Below are positions 41,790 to 51,422 of a DNA stretch of 64,000 nucleotides, piece by piece. Position 1 is the first letter of the stretch. Every line of letters starts with the position of its first letter. Origin of the DNA: Deltaproteobacteria bacterium (GTDB lineage: Bacteria > Myxococcota > Kuafuiibacteriia > Kuafuiibacteriales > Kuafuiibacteriaceae); contig JAVJQW010000020.1 of assembly GCA_040218735.1 (NCBI GenBank), positions 1 through 64,000 on the forward strand, read 5' to 3'. Both the position numbers and the translations under genes were made by a program. Below the pieces are notes generated by a model. It was not told the origin of the DNA. It ran no database searches and was given only the letters and a program-made list of their open reading frames with translations.

Positions 41790-41842
41790 GTTGGCACTCC
41801 TCGAAACGGATTCGCCTCGTGGGTGCTGGGTAACGCCCGCCC

Positions 41843-43564
41843 TTATTCGGCGTTCTTCCCGCCGAGCATGACCTGGCGGGCGAGGGGGATCGGGAGCCCG
41901 AGCCGAAGGAAACGATCGTGGAACGCCTTCAACGAGAAGTCGTCGCCCTGCACGTCCTTCACCGCCTCCCGGAGCGCGAGGATCTCCATGCGACCGAGCG
42001 CGTAGTAGAGGTACGTCGGGTTGTAGGTCGCGCGCTGCGTTTCGCGCAGCGCGGGGAACGGCGCGAAGTAGGCGATGCGCTCGAACGCCTTCGCGGCTTC
42101 CTCCACCGACTGTCCGTCGACGTGGATGGCGATCGCGGCGTGCCATCGCGCGTGGCGCTGGAGCGCGCGCCGTAGCTGACCGAGGCGGATCTTCGGATCG
42201 TCGTCACCGAGGCCTTCATCGACCATCATCTGCTCGGCGTAGTGCGCCCAGCCTTCGATGAGGGACGCGGTGCCGTGGACCTGACGCAGCGCGGAGGGGA
42301 TCTGCTGTTCGTAGAGCAGCTGGACGAAGTGCCCCGGCATTGCTTCGTGCACGCTGATGCCGAGGAGCCCCGGGAAGTTGAAGTACGTGAGGTGCTGTTC
42401 CTTCTTCTCGTCGTCCCACTCGGGGTCGACGTTCGTGATGTTGTAGTAGGCCTCGCGCGCGACCCTTTCGAAGGGGCCCGGCGTGGACATCGAGGCGAAG
42501 CCACGGCGCGCGTACTTGGGTGACTCGCGCACGATCGGGAGCGCGTCGGTGGGGAGGGTGAGTATCGCGTGGTCGACGACGAACTTTCGCGCGTCGACGA
42601 CATAGCGTTCGGCGGTGGCGATCAGCTCTTCGGGCGTCGGGTGCTCCGCGGTGATGGACGCCATGACCTCGGCTGGCGACCGGTTGGGATCGACCTTCTT
42701 CGCTTCGCGCGCGACCCACGCCTGGTACCGCTCGATGGCTTCGTCGTTCATCTTGCGGAGCGTCTCGGCGTCGAGGTCGAAGTGTTCTTCGAGCTTCAGC
42801 TTCGTCTCGAAGCGTTCGCGGCCGAGGCTCGGGTCTGCGTTGGAGCGGGGGAGGAGCTCTTGCTCCAGCCAGGCTCGGTACGCCTCGACCGCCGCGATCC
42901 CCCGTTCGTGCGCCGCTTCGAACGCGGCCTTCGTGGTGTCGTCGAGATCCGCGTAGCCCTGCGCAGCGAGGGCCGCCGGGACGTCCTCTCGCAGGAACGA
43001 AACGGTGCCGGCGGTGCTCTTGATGGCGAGCTCGGTCCAGAGCTGCGGAACATCGCCGAGGTTGGCTCGGGCCTGCTCGAAGACGCGGGGGAGCTCGGTG
43101 AGTCGCTTAGTTGCCGACGTGACGCGCGTGGGTGTCGGCGCGAACCGACGATCGATGAGCGAGGCGATCGCACGCGCGGCGATCCGGTTGTAGACCATCG
43201 GGTCGTGCAAGTGGCCTTGCACCTGCGTCAGCTCGAAGTGCTCGGCGCGCAGGGCGTACTCGAGGACGCGGTGGTCGAGCCTTCTTCTGTCGTCGAGCGT
43301 CGTGGGCTCGGTGGTCGCGAGGCGTTCGAGCAGCGCCTCGATCGCCGTCGTGCGTTGGGCGACGGCCTGGGCGGAGAGGTCCGGGAGCGCATCGTCGTAG
43401 TCGTGTACGCCGAGGGAGGTCGCCCAGATGGGGTGCGTCGCGTAGAGCTGCTTCAGGTGTGCGTCGGCGATGGCGTCGAACGTCGCGTCGGGCGCGGTGC
43501 TCGACGGCTTCGCGTGGGCGCAGGCGGTGGCGAGGAGTAGGAGCGGTAGGTAGTGCTTCGACAT
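41843..43564 (-). CDS. DUF885-family lipoprotein (metallopeptidase-like)
   Basis: LATAC lipobox; VHEAMPGHFVQ, EGWAHYAE, YYALG and FSLKAFHD motifs. Confidence 0.9.
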   Translation of the reverse strand: MSKHYLPLLLLATACAHAKPSSTAPDATFDAIADAHLKQLYATHPIWATSLGVHDYDDALPDLSAQAVAQRTTAIEALLERLATTEPTTLDDRRRLDHRVLEYALRAEHFELTQVQGHLHDPMVYNRIAARAIASLIDRRFAPTPTRVTSATKRLTELPRVFEQARANLGDVPQLWTELAIKSTAGTVSFLREDVPAALAAQGYADLDDTTKAAFEAAHERGIAAVEAYRAWLEQELLPRSNADPSLGRERFETKLKLEEHFDLDAETLRKMNDEAIERYQAWVAREAKKVDPNRSPAEVMASITAEHPTPEELIATAERYVVDARKFVVDHAILTLPTDALPIVRESPKYARRGFASMSTPGPFERVAREAYYNITNVDPEWDDEKKEQHLTYFNFPGLLGISVHEAMPGHFVQLLYEQQIPSALRQVHGTASLIEGWAHYAEQMMVDEGLGDDDPKIRLGQLRRALQRHARWHAAIAIHVDGQSVEEAAKAFERIAYFAPFPALRETQRATYNPTYLYYALGRMEILALREAVKDVQGDDFSLKAFHDRFLRLGLPIPLARQVMLGGKNAE

Positions 43565-45885
43565 CACGGGAGCGCGAGGGGGAGGGCCTGGATCTTCACG
43601 ACGTCGAGGAGCTGTTTCTCGAGGGTCGTGGGGTCGGAGGTCGGGGCTTGGCAGCTCTGCTGAAAACAGACGTAGGCGGTAGCGCGTGCTTCCTTGAGGA
43701 CGCGCTTGCCTTCGACGACCGGGAGCTTGTCGGCGAGGTCGTCGACGTCGCCGGCGGTGACCACGGTGAGGACGCGGTTCGGCACGAAGGTCTTCCGAAC
43801 GACGTCGATCAGCGCCGCCCCCGAGCCCTCTTCAGCTTCGACGATCACGACCTCCTTCGCGCGGTCCAGGCGGAAGTCGAGGGCGGAAGCGAGCTTCGGG
43901 CACTCCGCGGCGCCGCGTTTTAGTGCTTCGCCGAACGCCTTCAGGACGGCGTCGGCGCGCTCGACGTACTTCGCCTCGCTGGTGAGCGCGCCGAGGCGCA
44001 GGAGGTTCATCGCGGTGACCGAGTTCCCCGAGGGTTGGGCGCCGTCGTAGATGGGTTTCTCTCGGACGAGCAGCGCTTCGCCGTCGCTCGGCGTCGAGAA
44101 GTAGGCGCCGTCGGTGTCGTCACGGAAGAGGCGGTCCTGAGTGGATTGCGTTCGGATCGCTCGCTCCAGGTACTGAATTTCACCCGTCGCCTCGAAGACG
44201 TCGATGAGCGCCGCGACGAGGAACGCGTGGTCTTCCAGCACCCCCGAGTGTTTGGCGTGTCCGGCGCGGTACGCGCGGAGGAGTCGCCCGTCCTTGGTCA
44301 TCTTCGACTCGATGAAGTCCGCCGCGCGTTTCGCCGCGGCGACGTACTTGGGTTCGGCGAACACGAAGCCGGCGCGTGCCATCGCCCCGAGCATCTGCGC
44401 GTTCCACTCCACGAGGACCTTGTCGTCGAGGAGGGGGTGAATGCGTTTCTCCCGGGCTTCGTAGAGGAGCTTCCGCGACTCGGCGAGCGAGGCGCGCAGC
44501 GCGTCCTCCGTGACGCCGAGCTCTCGGGCGACGTCGGCGTGGGAGCGGTCGACGGCGAGGATGTTGTGGCCCTCGAAGTTTCCGGCGTCGGTCACGCCGT
44601 AGTAGGCCTCGACGAATTTCGCTCGCTCCGCGCCGACGACCTCCCGGATTTCATTGGGGCTCCAGACGAAGAACTTGCCTTCCTCGCCTTCGCTGTCCGC
44701 GTCCGTCGCGGAGAAGAACCCACCTTCGTCGCTCGTCATCTCACGCAGGACGTAGTCGAGGACATCGCGGGTGACCCGCTCGTACTCCGCGTCGTTCGTG
44801 GCCTGGTACAGCTCCGTGAACACCGCGACGAGCTGGGCGTTGTCGTAGAGCATCTTCTCGAAGTGCGGGACGAGCCACTTCGCGTCGGTCGAGTACCGAG
44901 CGAAGCCACCCCCGACGTGGTCGTAGATGCCGCCGTCCTTCATGTGGTCGAGGGAGTGCCGCACGACGTGCAGCGGGCCGTCGTCGCCGGTGCGACGCCA
45001 GTAGCGGAGGAGCAGCTCGTAGGTCGAAGGTCGCGGGAACTTCGGCGCGCGACCGAAGCCGCCGTACTCGGGGTCGAACCGATTCACGAGGAGGGCGGCG
45101 GCGGACGTGAGCGCTTCGTCCCCCGGGACGCCGGCGCTCGGGCTCGCGGCGTTGGACTGGTTCATCGCCTCCGTGAGGCGGCGCGCCGTCTCGGCGATCC
45201 GCGGTTGGTCGGTCGCGTACGCTTCGGCGAGCCGGCGGAGCAACGTGAGGAACCCGATGGACGCGCCGCGGTCGCCGTCGCGCGCGGGGAAGTACGTGCC
45301 CCCGAAGAACGGCACGCGGTCCGGCGTCATCACCACGGTCATCGGCCACCCGCCGCGGCCGGTCATGAGCTGGACGGCGGTCATGTACACGCTGTCGACG
45401 TCGGGGCGCTCCTCGCGGTCCACCTTGATCGCGACGAAGTGCTGGTTGATGAACGCGGCGATCTCTTCGTCTTCGAAGGACTCGCGTTCCATCACGTGGC
45501 ACCAGTGACAGGTCGAGTAACCCACCGACAGGAGCACGGGGCGGCCGAGGGTCTTCGCGAGGGCAAACGCTTCGTCCCCCCACGCGAACCAGTTCACCGG
45601 GTTGTGCGCGTGCTGCAGGAGGTACGGGCTGGTCTCGAAGATGAGTCGGTTGGTGTACTTCGGCGCGCCGCCCGGTTCGAGGTGGTGCGTCCGGGGCACG
45701 TAGCCTCGGCCTTGGGCGGCGAGGGCTTCGCGCATCCGCGCGGCGAGCGCGTCGGGGTGGGGGTCGGCGCCGGGGAGGGCGATCTTCTCAGCGGTCGTCA
45801 TCGTCGGTAGCGAAGAGGCGCGGCAGCTCTGGGAACACGCCGGCAGGACCGAGAGCAGTCCGACCAGACCGAGCACGCGCCGCAT
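43564..45885 (-). CDS. YyaL/SPATA20-like thioredoxin-domain (DUF255) protein
   Basis: [64 protein letters not shown]. Confidence 0.95.
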   Translation of the reverse strand: MRRVLGLVGLLSVLPACSQSCRASSLPTMTTAEKIALPGADPHPDALAARMREALAAQGRGYVPRTHHLEPGGAPKYTNRLIFETSPYLLQHAHNPVNWFAWGDEAFALAKTLGRPVLLSVGYSTCHWCHVMERESFEDEEIAAFINQHFVAIKVDREERPDVDSVYMTAVQLMTGRGGWPMTVVMTPDRVPFFGGTYFPARDGDRGASIGFLTLLRRLAEAYATDQPRIAETARRLTEAMNQSNAASPSAGVPGDEALTSAAALLVNRFDPEYGGFGRAPKFPRPSTYELLLRYWRRTGDDGPLHVVRHSLDHMKDGGIYDHVGGGFARYSTDAKWLVPHFEKMLYDNAQLVAVFTELYQATNDAEYERVTRDVLDYVLREMTSDEGGFFSATDADSEGEEGKFFVWSPNEIREVVGAERAKFVEAYYGVTDAGNFEGHNILAVDRSHADVARELGVTEDALRASLAESRKLLYEAREKRIHPLLDDKVLVEWNAQMLGAMARAGFVFAEPKYVAAAKRAADFIESKMTKDGRLLRAYRAGHAKHSGVLEDHAFLVAALIDVFEATGEIQYLERAIRTQSTQDRLFRDDTDGAYFSTPSDGEALLVREKPIYDGAQPSGNSVTAMNLLRLGALTSEAKYVERADAVLKAFGEALKRGAAECPKLASALDFRLDRAKEVVIVEAEEGSGAALIDVVRKTFVPNRVLTVVTAGDVDDLADKLPVVEGKRVLKEARATAYVCFQQSCQAPTSDPTTLEKQLLDVVKIQALPLALP

Positions 45886-45945
45886 CGCGCGGGAGCATAA
45901 CCGATTGTGGATGCCAAACCGCGCGACGCGCGTTACGTCAGGCGA

Positions 45946-46728
45946 ATGAGCGAGGAACCGATCGCGCCCGAGGAGCGCGAAGACCAGCAGTCGATCTCCA
46001 AGGCGCGTGCGCTCGACGACGCGCACAAGCTGCTGCACGCGGCGAAGTTCGGCGTGCTCGGGACGATCTCGAAGCGAATCCCGGGCTGGCCCTTCAGCTC
46101 GATCGTCCCCTACGCCGTCGACGACCACGGCCACCCGATCATCCTCATCGCCTCCATCGCCCAGCACACCAAGAACATCGCCGCCGACGACCGGGTGAGT
46201 TTGCTCGTGCACGACACGGCCCCCGCCGACGAGGACATCCAGGCCTACGGGCGCCTTACGCTCATGGGGCGCGCGGTCGCGGTCGACGACACGGACGACG
46301 ACGCACGCGCGCGTTACCTGGCGCGGGTGCCGGACGCCGCCGACTACTTCAAGACCCACGACTTCTCGTTCCGCCGGATCGTCGTCGAGCACGCCCGCTT
46401 CATCGGCGGCTTCGGGCGCATCTTCTGGCTCGAGGCGGATGCGCTCGCCCTCGATCCCGAGGCCGACCCGCTCGCGGACGGTGCGAAGGGGATCGTCGAC
46501 CACATGAACGAGGACCACGCAGACGCCCTCACGCTCTACTGCCGGGCCTTCAAAGGGGTCACGCCGGACGGTGTCGAGATGATCGGCGTCGACCAGTGGG
46601 GCTTCGACGTCCAGTGCTCCGAGCCCGACGTGCGTCTGCGCTTCGATTTCGACGAGCCCGTCACGATGGAGACGATCCGACCGACCGTCGTGGCGATGGT
46701 CCAGGAGGCCCGGCGCCGCCTCGCGTAG
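45946..46728 (+). CDS. HugZ-like split-barrel protein (PNPOx-like + DUF2470)
   Basis: [40 protein letters not shown]. Confidence 0.9.
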   Translation: MSEEPIAPEEREDQQSISKARALDDAHKLLHAAKFGVLGTISKRIPGWPFSSIVPYAVDDHGHPIILIASIAQHTKNIAADDRVSLLVHDTAPADEDIQAYGRLTLMGRAVAVDDTDDDARARYLARVPDAADYFKTHDFSFRRIVVEHARFIGGFGRIFWLEADALALDPEADPLADGAKGIVDHMNEDHADALTLYCRAFKGVTPDGVEMIGVDQWGFDVQCSEPDVRLRFDFDEPVTMETIRPTVVAMVQEARRRLA

Positions 46729-46782
46729 AAAAAATCATCGCGCGGTAGATCGTTTTTGGCGGGAGGCGCGTTCGAACGCCTC

Positions 46783-48492
46783 ATGACCTCCAGATCCTTC
46801 CTTCGTTACGCCTCCGTCCTCGTCCTTGGCCTCGGCGCCTGCTCCCTCGCCCAGAGCTCCGCCCCTCGCACCACATCCGAAACTCAGGCCCGGCGCCCAG
46901 CGCCTCGTGGACCGGCCCCGGCGGTCAAGACGGCTGCGGTGGCCAAGAAGGCGGACGCCACCGTGGCCTCCCGGGCCGCGCCCGTCGCGCCGACGACCGC
47001 GACGCCGCCCGCCAAACCCAAACCCGCCGACAAGTTCCGACAGACCGCGAAGCTCGAGCGCAAGGCCCCCGCGCCGCCGCCGCCGCCCGCGGAGCCGGTG
47101 GCGGCCGACGGTGACTTCGAGGGCCGCGCCGACTTCCGCTACAACGCCCCCACCGACACCCGCGAAGACCGCCTGTCGACCTTCGCGGTGGACGTCGACA
47201 CCGCCGCGTACTCGATCGCCCGCCGTACCCTCGGCGCGGACCGGATGCCGACCTCCAGCCTTGTCCGCGTCGAAGAGTTCCTGAACTACTTCAAATACGC
47301 GTACGGCGCGCCGCGCGCCGACGGTGAGCTGTTCACGATCGAAGCGGACGGAGCGCGCTCGCCGGTCGACGACACCAAACACATCATGCGCGTCGGCATC
47401 CAGGCGAAGTCGCTCGACCGCCAGACCCGCAAACCGGTCAACCTCGTCTTCCTCGTCGACACCAGCTGCTCCATGACCAGCGGTGACAAGCTCGCCCTGG
47501 CGCAGAAGTCACTCGCGCTCACGGTCGACCAACTCTCCGAGCGCGACCAGGTCGCGATTACGACCTACGCGGGCGGGGTTCGACTCGTGCTCCCGCCGAC
47601 GAGCGGCGACCAAAAGGACAAGATCCACGCAGCGCTCCGCGGGCTGCGCACCGGCGGCGGCACCGCGATGGCGTCGGGGATGACGCTGGCCTACCAGCAG
47701 GCCGCGAAGATGCTCTCCGACGATTCGGTCACGCGAATCATCGTGTGCTCCGACGGCGACGCCAACATCGGCGCGACCTCCCCGCACAAGATCCTCGAGT
47801 CCATCCAGGGCTACGTGAAGGAAGGTGTCTTCCTCTCCACGATCGGGTTCGGCGACGGCAACTACAAGGACGCGATGATGGAGCAGCTCGCGAACAAGGG
47901 TAACGGCAACTACTTCTACATCGACTCGATGCGCATGGCGGAGCGCGTCTTCGCGCGAGACTTCACCAAGATGGTCCAGGACGTCGCGCAGGACGTGAAG
48001 ATCCAGGTGGAGTTCGATCCCACGAAGGTCGCGAGTTATCGGTTGGTCGGCTACGAGAACCGCGACGTCGCCGACGCCGACTTCCGCAACGACGCCGTCG
48101 ACGCGGGTGAGATCGGCGCGGGGCACCAAGTCACGGCGCTCTACGAGCTCACGCTGAAACCCGGCGCCGACGGTCACCTCGCCACGGTCCGCGTGCGCGC
48201 CAAGCAGCCGCGCGGAACCAAGGCCCGTGAGGTCGCCCTCAACGTGCCGATGAACGTCGTCGACGTGCCGTTCACGAAGGCGCCCGACGGGATGCGCTTC
48301 GCGACGGCCGTCATGGGCGGCGCCGAGCTGCTGCGCAAGAGCCCCTTCGCGGAAGCGTGGACCTACGCGCGCGTCGTCTCCATCGCGTCCGACACGAACC
48401 CCAACTGGGATCCGGATCGGACGGAGTTCATCAGCCTCATGAAGAAGGCAGCCTGGCTCTCGGGTGAGCAGCGCGCCGTGGGTCTGCGATGA
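46783..48492 (+). CDS. YfbK-like VWA domain lipoprotein (vWF_A, VWA, DUF3520)
   Basis: STFAVDVDTAAYS, VRVEEFLNYF, NLVFLVDTSCSM, YRLVGYENR, DAGEIGAGHQVTALYE. Confidence 0.93.
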   Translation: MTSRSFLRYASVLVLGLGACSLAQSSAPRTTSETQARRPAPRGPAPAVKTAAVAKKADATVASRAAPVAPTTATPPAKPKPADKFRQTAKLERKAPAPPPPPAEPVAADGDFEGRADFRYNAPTDTREDRLSTFAVDVDTAAYSIARRTLGADRMPTSSLVRVEEFLNYFKYAYGAPRADGELFTIEADGARSPVDDTKHIMRVGIQAKSLDRQTRKPVNLVFLVDTSCSMTSGDKLALAQKSLALTVDQLSERDQVAITTYAGGVRLVLPPTSGDQKDKIHAALRGLRTGGGTAMASGMTLAYQQAAKMLSDDSVTRIIVCSDGDANIGATSPHKILESIQGYVKEGVFLSTIGFGDGNYKDAMMEQLANKGNGNYFYIDSMRMAERVFARDFTKMVQDVAQDVKIQVEFDPTKVASYRLVGYENRDVADADFRNDAVDAGEIGAGHQVTALYELTLKPGADGHLATVRVRAKQPRGTKAREVALNVPMNVVDVPFTKAPDGMRFATAVMGGAELLRKSPFAEAWTYARVVSIASDTNPNWDPDRTEFISLMKKAAWLSGEQRAVGLR

Positions 48493-48498
48493 CGTGAC

Positions 48499-49599
48499 CT
48501 AGGCTGCGGCGGGCGCAGCTTTGTCCGCAGCCTTGGCCTTCACCGGCGCCGCAGCCACCTCGACGGTCTCGGCGCCCCACGTCGCGGGGGCGCCCAGGTC
48601 GACGGGTTCTTCGCTGAGCACCGCTTCCCGCAGGCGGGTCATCAGCACCGGGCGCGCCTGAAGCCACTCCCGCGCCTTCTCCTTCCCCTGGCCCATCTTC
48701 TCCTTCTGGATGGCGTACCAGGCCCCCGATTTCTCGATGAGGTTCTTCTCGACGCCGAGGTCGATCAACTCACCCGCGACGGAGATGCCCTGGCCGTAGA
48801 GGACGTCGAACTCGGCTTCGCGGAAGGGGGGCGCGACCTTGTTCTTCACCACCTTCACCCGAACGCGGTTGCCGACGATCTGGTCGCTGTTCTTCAGCGC
48901 TCCGATCCGTCGGATGTCGAGCCGAACCGACGCGTAGAACTTGAGGGCATTACCACCCGTCGTCGTTTCGGGGCTGCCGAACATGACGCCGATCTTGTGA
49001 CGTGTCTGGTTGATGAAAAGGATGGTCGCCTTCGACCGGGCGGCGTGCCCGGTCAATTTGCGCATCGCCTGGGACATGAGTCGCGCTTGAAGCCCTACGT
49101 GCGCGTCACCCATCTCGCCTTCGATCTCGGCCTTGGGCACGAGCGCCGCGACCGAGTCCACGACGATGAGGTCGACGGTATTGGACCGGATGAGTGTCTC
49201 GACGATCTCGAGCGCCTGCTCCCCGTGGTCCGGTTGTGACACCAGCAGCTGCTCGAGATCGATCCCGAGCGCCTGCGCGTAGCGTGGGTCCAACGCATGC
49301 TCGGCGTCGATGAACGCCGCGACGCCGCCCGTTCTCTGTACGTTGGCGATCGCGTGGAGCGCGACCGTCGTCTTACCCGAGGCCTCCGGCCCGTACACCT
49401 CCACGATTCTCCCCTTGGGTAGTCCACCGACGCCCAGCGCTCGGTCGACGCCGACAGAGCCGGAAGAGATGACCGCGTCGGGCTCGGTGAATCGGTGCCC
49501 TCCGTCGTCTCCCAAGAGCATGATGGCGCCCCGGCCGAACTGTTTTTCGATCTCCGTCATCGCGGCCTTCACGCCGCTCAACTTCTCTTTGAATCCCAT
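48499..49599 (-). CDS. recA: Recombinase RecA (probably the RecA1-type paralog)
   Basis: [60 protein letters not shown]; AAGGAGA RBS before ATG 49599. Confidence 0.98.
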   Translation of the reverse strand: MGFKEKLSGVKAAMTEIEKQFGRGAIMLLGDDGGHRFTEPDAVISSGSVGVDRALGVGGLPKGRIVEVYGPEASGKTTVALHAIANVQRTGGVAAFIDAEHALDPRYAQALGIDLEQLLVSQPDHGEQALEIVETLIRSNTVDLIVVDSVAALVPKAEIEGEMGDAHVGLQARLMSQAMRKLTGHAARSKATILFINQTRHKIGVMFGSPETTTGGNALKFYASVRLDIRRIGALKNSDQIVGNRVRVKVVKNKVAPPFREAEFDVLYGQGISVAGELIDLGVEKNLIEKSGAWYAIQKEKMGQGKEKAREWLQARPVLMTRLREAVLSEEPVDLGAPATWGAETVEVAAAPVKAKAADKAAPAAA

Positions 49600-49651
49600 T
49601 TTCTTGCTTGTCTCCTTGGCCGCTGTCTTCGAGTCGGCGCCCACAGGACTT

Positions 49652-49667
49652 CGCAAGGCGTGTGCCG
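49652..49667 (-). promoter_or_regulatory. Sigma54-type -24/-12 promoter of recA
   Basis: Minus strand CGGCACACGCCTTGCG versus consensus TGGCACGNNNNTTGCW; GG-N10-GC spacing exact. Confidence 0.75.
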
Positions 49668-49699
49668 GATGGAGCAGGGGAGTCAGCGCGCAGAAGAAA

Positions 49700-49754
49700 T
49701 CCGATAATCGGACGACGTTCGATTGTCGGTCGGACGCGTTCGACTTTCGGACGA
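49700..49754. promoter_or_regulatory. Upstream palindrome array, copy 1 (candidate enhancer/operator)
   Basis: TCCGATAATCGGA...TTCGATTGTCGGT...TTCGACTTTCGGA; 41/55 ungapped identity to 53012-53066. Confidence 0.7.
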
Positions 49755-49773
49755 ATACGGTAGGGGTTGCTGT

Positions 49774-50397
49774 TCAGTCGAAGACGCAATTCAGAGACAA
49801 CGCACCTTCGAGGCGGCGAAGGTATTCTCTACGTGAAATCAGAGAGGCGCCGAGCTTCATCATGTGCGGCGTGGATTGTTGGATGTCGAGCAACACATAA
49901 CCACGTGCACGCAGACGCTCGACGAGGTGAACTAGTGCAATCTTGCTTGCGTTGGACTCGCGACTGAACATCGACTCGCCCGCAAACAGACCAGAGATTG
50001 CGACGCCGTAGAGCCCTCCGATGAGTACATCGTCGGACCACACCTCGACGCTGTGGGCGTGACCTCTTTGGTGGAGCGCGCAATAAGCGGCTTGAAGCTG
50101 CGGTGTGATCCACGTCGACATTCTTCCTGGTCCCGCCGCCGCGCACGCCTCGATGACATCCGAGAACGCCTCGTCGAAGGTCACCCGGATACCTGGCTTA
50201 CGAAGCGCCTTTCGCAGCGTTCGGTTGATTCGCAACGCCTCGAGATCGAGCACGGCACGAGGATCCGGGCTGAACCAGGTCATCAGATCGTCATCGAAGA
50301 TGGGCCAGGGAAAGATCCCACTTCGGTATGCGAGGACGAGTCGTTCGACCGAAAGATCACCACCGACGGCGACCAAGCCGTCACGGTTCGCACTCAT
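49774..50397 (-). CDS. aat: Leucyl/phenylalanyl-tRNA--protein transferase
   Basis: DGLVAVGGDLS, LAYRSGIFPW, WFSPDPRAVL, HSVEVW, FAGESMFS, ASKIAL. True start probably slightly upstream. Confidence 0.95.
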   Translation of the reverse strand: MSANRDGLVAVGGDLSVERLVLAYRSGIFPWPIFDDDLMTWFSPDPRAVLDLEALRINRTLRKALRKPGIRVTFDEAFSDVIEACAAAGPGRMSTWITPQLQAAYCALHQRGHAHSVEVWSDDVLIGGLYGVAISGLFAGESMFSRESNASKIALVHLVERLRARGYVLLDIQQSTPHMMKLGASLISRREYLRRLEGALSLNCVFD

Positions 50398-50526
50398 CGC
50401 GCTGGGGAATACGAGGCGCTGGGTCAGGATGGCAACGATGACGCCGGTGAGCCTAGTCGATACACGTTACGTTTTCTATCGAATAGAACTTGAAACGAGA
50501 TCTCTTGACACGTAGTAATTCAGGCC

Positions 50527-50877
50527 ATGGTTGCAGACAAAGTAGCGAAGGAGCTTCGCTCCGCGCTCGATACGATGAAGGCCGAGCGTAGCGAGCTCGA
50601 CCAGCACATAGCAGAACTGGAGCAGATGCTCGCAAAGCTCGGGGCCCCCGCGAAGCGTGGGCCGGGCCGTCCGCCGGGCTCCAAGAACAAGAAGACCCGC
50701 GGGGTCAAGGCCAAGCGTGGCCCAGGTCGTCCGCCGGGCTCCAAGAACAAGAAGAAGACGGCGACCAAGAAGAAGACCAAGCGCAACTGGTCGCCCGCAG
50801 CACGTAAGGCGGCCGCGGAACGGATGAAGAAGATCTGGGCCGACCGCAAGAAGAAGACGACCAAGACCAAGAAGTGA
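50527..50877 (+). CDS. Small basic protein with two AT-hook-like motifs (candidate nucleoid-associated protein)
   Basis: N-terminal coiled coil, 2x KRGPGRPPGSKNKK, Lys-rich helix WSPAARKAAAERMKKIWADRKK. Confidence 0.8.
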   Translation: MVADKVAKELRSALDTMKAERSELDQHIAELEQMLAKLGAPAKRGPGRPPGSKNKKTRGVKAKRGPGRPPGSKNKKKTATKKKTKRNWSPAARKAAAERMKKIWADRKKKTTKTKK

Positions 50878-50879
50878 GC

Positions 50880-51422
50880 TCAGACGAGGAGGCGTGCCCC
50901 GTCGTTGGGCACGCCTTCGTGTTCGAGCAACCAGGCCTTCGCGGCCAACCCTCCCCCGTAGCCGGTCAATCGCAGCGTCGACGAAACGACGCGGTGGCAG
51001 GGTACGAACAACGCACAAGGGTTCATTCCATTGGCGTGCCCCGTGGCGCGAAACGCCTCGGGTTTACCTGCGCGTTTGGCAACCTGCGCGTAGGTCGACG
51101 TCGAACCCGGCGCAATCTTCCGAACCGTGCGCCACACCTTCTGCGCGTAGTCGGGACCTTCCAATGCCAGCGGCACCGCACTCAATGCACCCAGGTCACC
51201 GCGGAAATACGCGCGGATCGCCTGCGCCGCGTCGGTGAGTCCCGAGCCCCGGCCGGACCGCGCACCCGGCGCGACCTCGGGCCCTTCACGCGCGAGGCGC
51301 TCCACGACCCGATCCCACCGCGGCTGAAACTCCGCGCTCCAGACGCTCTGATCGAACGTCACGATCCAAAGGGGCCCGACCGGAGTCGTCACCGTCTTCA
51401 TCGCCCAGAGGTTTGCACTCAT
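50880..51422 (-). CDS. ogt: Methylated-DNA--protein-cysteine methyltransferase
   Basis: Active-site VPCHRVV, TYAQVA, LTGYGGGLAAKAWLLEHEG; ATG overlaps the comM stop (ATGA). Confidence 0.93.
   Translation of the reverse strand: MSANLWAMKTVTTPVGPLWIVTFDQSVWSAEFQPRWDRVVERLAREGPEVAPGARSGRGSGLTDAAQAIRAYFRGDLGALSAVPLALEGPDYAQKVWRTVRKIAPGSTSTYAQVAKRAGKPEAFRATGHANGMNPCALFVPCHRVVSSTLRLTGYGGGLAAKAWLLEHEGVPNDGARLLV

Noticed and set aside
49698-49724. AATCCGATAA resembling the XerC arm of a dif site
   Set aside because: No TTATGT-like XerD arm after a 6-bp spacer; better explained as part of the palindrome array.
49762-49778. GTTCAG as a Myxococcus-type LexA box
   Set aside because: The left half CTRHAM is absent and the site overlaps the aat stop codon.
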